Of a DNA stretch of 64,000 bases, positions 60,158-64,000 are shown piece by piece (position 1 is the stretch's first letter; every line of letters begins with the position of its first letter). The translations under genes were made by a program, and so were the position numbers. The notes beneath the pieces were generated by a model. The model worked only from the letters and a program-made list of their open reading frames with translations. It was not told the origin of the DNA and made no database searches. Source of the DNA: Malacoraja senta (lineage: Eukaryota); contig JAXLNO010005073.1 of assembly GCA_038087875.1 (NCBI GenBank), forward strand, positions 62,001 to 126,000, written 5' to 3'.

Positions 60158-60526
60158 CAGGGTTTAATTCCCTGACCTTTTGCTTTTGATATATGTATAG
60201 CCTTTATGGCCATTTTTTAAATGTTTATTAGTAATTGCCTCATTAGATACTCGGAACAATTAGGAGCCGGTATGTAGTGGCCATTTGGCCTGTTTTGCAT
60301 GTCACTGATGATGGCATGTGCCTTTAAATTTTAGACTGCCCGTTGTATTGTGGGTGGGATTTATGACGTGTTTTTAGGCGTGTTTGGAGCTTAGATGCTT
60401 GTGCAGAAGTCTAGTTTTTAGATTAGTTTGGAGAGACGATGGAGAAGGTCAATCCTTCGACCATGTCAATGTTACGGAGACACGAGGAGTGTTGTAATGT
60501 TTAAAGTTGCAAGTTGGAATTGAAGG

Positions 60527-63500
60527 GACTCAAATAGAGAATGCTATTAGACAGTGTGTGAGGCAGGAGGCAGAGAAGGAAAGCACTCAGACCCAACATG
60601 TAGGGGGGAAAGAAGAAAACAATCATAAACAGAGAATAAGAGGTGGTGGGGTTCTTAAACGGGTGAGCAGAGAAACAGAGGGGTGTAAAATGCGGGCGGA
60701 AGCAATACGAAGCAAGGTGAAAAGTAAAAGTGGCAGGCAGACAAATCCACGGCAAAAATCAAAAAGAGTCACTTTTCAACATAATTGGATAAGGGGTAAG
60801 AGCGTTGTAAAAACAAGCCTGAAGGCTTTGTGTCTCAATGCAAGGAGCATTCGTAATAAGGTGGATGAGTTGAACATGCAGATAGCAATTAATGCTTATG
60901 ATATAGTTGGGATCACGGAGACATGGCTCCAGGGTGACCAAGGCTGGGAGCTGAACATCCAGGGATATTCAATATTTAGGAGGGATAGAGAGAAAGGAAA
61001 AGGAGGTGGGGTAGCGTTGCTGGTTAGAGAGGAGATTAACGCAGTGGAAAGGAAGGACATTAGCTTGGAGGATGTGGAATCGGTATGGGTAGAGCTGCGA
61101 AACACTAAGGGGCAGAAAACGCTGGTGGGTGTTGTGTACAGGCCACCTAGCAGTAGTAGTTAAGTTGGGGATGGCATCAAAGAGGAAATTAGAAATGCGT
61201 GCAACAAAGGCAAAACAGTTATAATGGGTGACTTCAATCTACATATAGATTGGGTGAATCAAATTGGCAGGGGTGCTGAGGAAGAGGATTTCTTGGAATG
61301 TATGAGGGATAGTTATCTAAACCAACATGTAGAGGAACCAACGAGAGAGCAGGCTATTCTAGACTGGTTATTGAGTAATGAGGAAGGGTTAGTTAGCAGA
61401 CTTGTTGTGCGTGCCCCCTTGAGCAAGAGTGACCATAATATGTTTGAGTTCTTCATTAGGATGGAGAGTGACATTGTTAATTCAGAAACAACGGTTCTGA
61501 ACTTAAAGAAAGGTAACTTTGAGGGTATGAGACGTGAATTGGCCAAGATTGACTGGCAATTCGTTCTAAAAGGGTTGACGGTGGACATGCAATGGAAGGC
61601 ATTTAAAGACTGCATGGATGAACTACAAAAATTGTTCATCCCAGTTTGGCAAAAGAATAAATCAGGGAAGGTAGTGCATCTGTGGATAACAAGGGAAATC
61701 AGGGATAGTACCAAAGCAAAAGATGATGCGTACAAATTAGCCAGAAAAAGCAGCATACCAGAGGACTGGGAGAAATTCAGAGACAAGCAGAGGAGGACAA
61801 AGGGCTTAATTAGGAAAGGGGAAATAGATTATGAAAGGAAACTGGCAGGGAACATAAAAACTGACTGCAAAAGTTTTTATAGATATGTGAAGAGAAAGAG
61901 ATTAGTTAAAACAAATGTAGGTCCCTTGCAGTCATAAACAGGTGAATTGATCATGGGGAACAAGGATATGGCGGACCAATTGAATAACTACTTTGGTTCC
62001 GTCTTCACTAAGGAAGACATAAATAATCTGCCGGAAATAGCAGGGGGCCGCGGGTCAAAGGAGATGGAAGAACTGAGTGAAATCCAGGTTAGTCGGGAAG
62101 TGGTGTTGGGTAAATTGAATGGATTAAAGGCCGATAAATCACCAGGGCCAGATAGGCTGCATCCCAGAGTACTTAAGGAAGTAGCTCCAGAAATAGTGGA
62201 TGCATTAGTGATAATTTTTCAAAACTCTTTGGATTCTGGAGTAGTTCCTGAGGATTGGAGGGTAGCAAACGTAACCCCACTTTTTAAGAAGGGAGGGAGA
62301 GAGAAAACGGGGAATTACAGACCAGTTAGTCTAACATCGGTAGTGGGGAAACTGCTAGAGTCAGTTATTAAAGATGGGATAGCAGCACATTTGGAAAGTG
62401 GTGAAATCATTGGACAAAGTCAGCATGGATTTACGAAAGGTAAATCGTGTCTGACGAAACTTATAGAATTTTTCGAGGATGTAACTAGTAGAGTGGATAG
62501 GGGAGAACCAGTGGATGTGTTGTATCTGGACTTTCAGAAGGCTTTCGACAAGGTACCACATACGAGATTAGGATACAAACTTAAATCACACGGTATTGGG
62601 TTTTCAGTATTGATGTGGATAGAGAACTGGCTGGCAAACAGGAAGCAAAGAGTAGGAGTAAACGGGTCCTTTTCACAATGGCAGGCAGTGACTAGTGGGG
62701 TGCCGCAAGGCTCAGTGCTGGGACCCCAGCTATTTACAATTTATATTAATGATCTGGACGAGGGAATTGAAAGCAACATCTCCAAGTTTGCGGATGACAC
62801 GAAGCTGGGGGGCAGTGTTAGCTGTGAGGAGGATGCTAGGAGACTGCAAGGTGACTTGGATAGGCTGGGTGAGTGGGCAAATGTTTGGCAGATGCAGTAT
62901 AATGTGGATAAATGTGAGGTTATCCACTTTGGTGGCAAAAACGGGAAGGCAGACTATTATCTAAATGGTGGCCGATTAGGAAATGGGGAGATGCAGCGAG
63001 ACCTGGGTGTCATGGTACACCAGTCATTGAAAGTAGGCATGCAGGTGCAGCAGGCAGTGAAGAAAGCGAATGGTATGTTGGCCTTCATAGCAAGAGGATT
63101 TGAGTATAGGAGCAGGGAGGTTCTACTGCAGTTGTACAGGGTCATGGTGAGACCACACCTGGAGTATTGCGTACAGTTTTGGTCTCCAAATCTGAGGAAG
63201 GACATTATAGCCATAGAGGGAGTGCAGAGAAGGTTCACCAGACTGATTCCTGGGATGTCAGGACTTTCATATGAAGAAAGACTGGATAGACTTGGCTTAT
63301 ACTCGCTAGAATTTAGGAGATTGAGAGGGGATCTTATAGAAACGTACAACATTCTTATGGGGTTGGACAGGCTAGATGCAGGAAGATAGTTCCCGATGTT
63401 GGGGAAGTCCAGGACAAGGGGTCACAGCTTAAGGATAAGGGGGAAAACCTTTAAGACCGAGATGAGGAAAAACGTTTTCACACAGAGAGTGGTGAATCTC

Positions 63501-63726
63501 TGGAACTCTCTGCCACAGAGGGTAGTTGAGGCCTGTTCATTGGCTATATTTAAGAGGGAGTTAGATGTGGCCCTTGTGGCTAAAGGGATCAGGGGGTATG
63601 GAGAGAAGGCAGGTATGGGATACTGAGTTGGATGATCAGCCATGATCATATTGAATGGCGGTGCAGGCTCGAAGAGCCGAATGGCCTACTCCTGCACCTA
63701 TTTTCTTTGTATCTATGTATCTATGT
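60527..63726 (+). mobile_element. CR1-clade LINE (EN, RT and 3' tail) inserted in the BEL 3' LTR
   Basis: EN NARS/TETW/YRPP/GDFN/SDHN; RT 61947-63389 with PQGS and FADD; in-frame stops; (TATGTATC) tail; splits the LTR with loss of about 3 bp and no TSD. Confidence 0.95.
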
Positions 63727-63952
63727 ATTGCAGTAACGAGTCGGGAAGAAACTTGGATGTATCTTGCTGTTTACCATCAACAATAAAGCATTTATTCAAC
63801 AAAAGACTGTGTTGAAGCTTTATGAGTGAAGAAGCTCTGAAGGTCACTGAGGAAGCTTGCATGCGTATCGAAGATATTCCCCTCATCCATTCTCATCCAA
63901 ATAGCGGCTAGAGAACTCGTTTCTCAAAAGATAAGAAAAATCTGCCGCTACA

Positions 63953-64000
63953 CCGATGTTGGGTGAGTCCAGAACCAGGGGCCACTGTTTAAGAATAAGG
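63953..64000 (+). mobile_element. CR1 3' fragment
   Basis: ccgatgttgggtgagtccagaaccagggg matches the MLGESRTRG segment of the other CR1 copies. Confidence 0.7.

Larger units (their letters stand above)
53477..63952 (+). mobile_element. Decayed BEL/Pao LTR retrotransposon with nested L1 and CR1
   Basis: 5' LTR at 53477-53959; 3' LTR at 60273-60526 plus 63727-63952; RT QGPDL...ADI...YVDD; RNase H HHFSD, KARVAP, WTDS, NPADEASRG; gag and most of the integrase deleted; stops and frameshifts. Confidence 0.9.

Overview
Eukaryotic, repeat-dense vertebrate DNA. The HE1-like SINE, CR1/L2, Rex1, RTE and Penelope remnants suggest a cartilaginous fish such as a skate or ray (inference). One host gene can be assembled on the + strand. 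It is a type I membrane Ig-superfamily receptor with a leader exon (34768-34864), eight Ig-domain exons arranged as (V-C2-V-C2)x2 (35884-46505) and a TM exon (50229-50336). All ten exons are open and joined by phase-1 GT-AG introns, giving 878 codons before an unresolved cytoplasmic tail. The layout resembles the CD4/LAG-3 family but is doubled, and the first V-like domain of each repeat has no cysteine. Orthology cannot be claimed from this window. The 34 kb upstream is a mosaic of local duplications: a large inverted duplication (<=1-6186 vs 8632-~18185), a second one (26797-28400 vs 30941-31665) and a tandemly duplicated promoter plus non-coding exon. An intact Ty3/Gypsy element (10490-15213) has LTRs differing at 1 of 203 bp, a 5-bp TSD and one 1369-aa ORF. 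The right end holds a decayed BEL/Pao element with a nested L1, a nested CR1 and a tRNA-Asp-like sequence ending in CCA. Both L1 copies are flanked by unusually long direct duplications (68 and 373 bp). No CRISPR, rRNA or prokaryotic features are present. Coordinates of decayed repeats are approximate, and identities were counted by eye.
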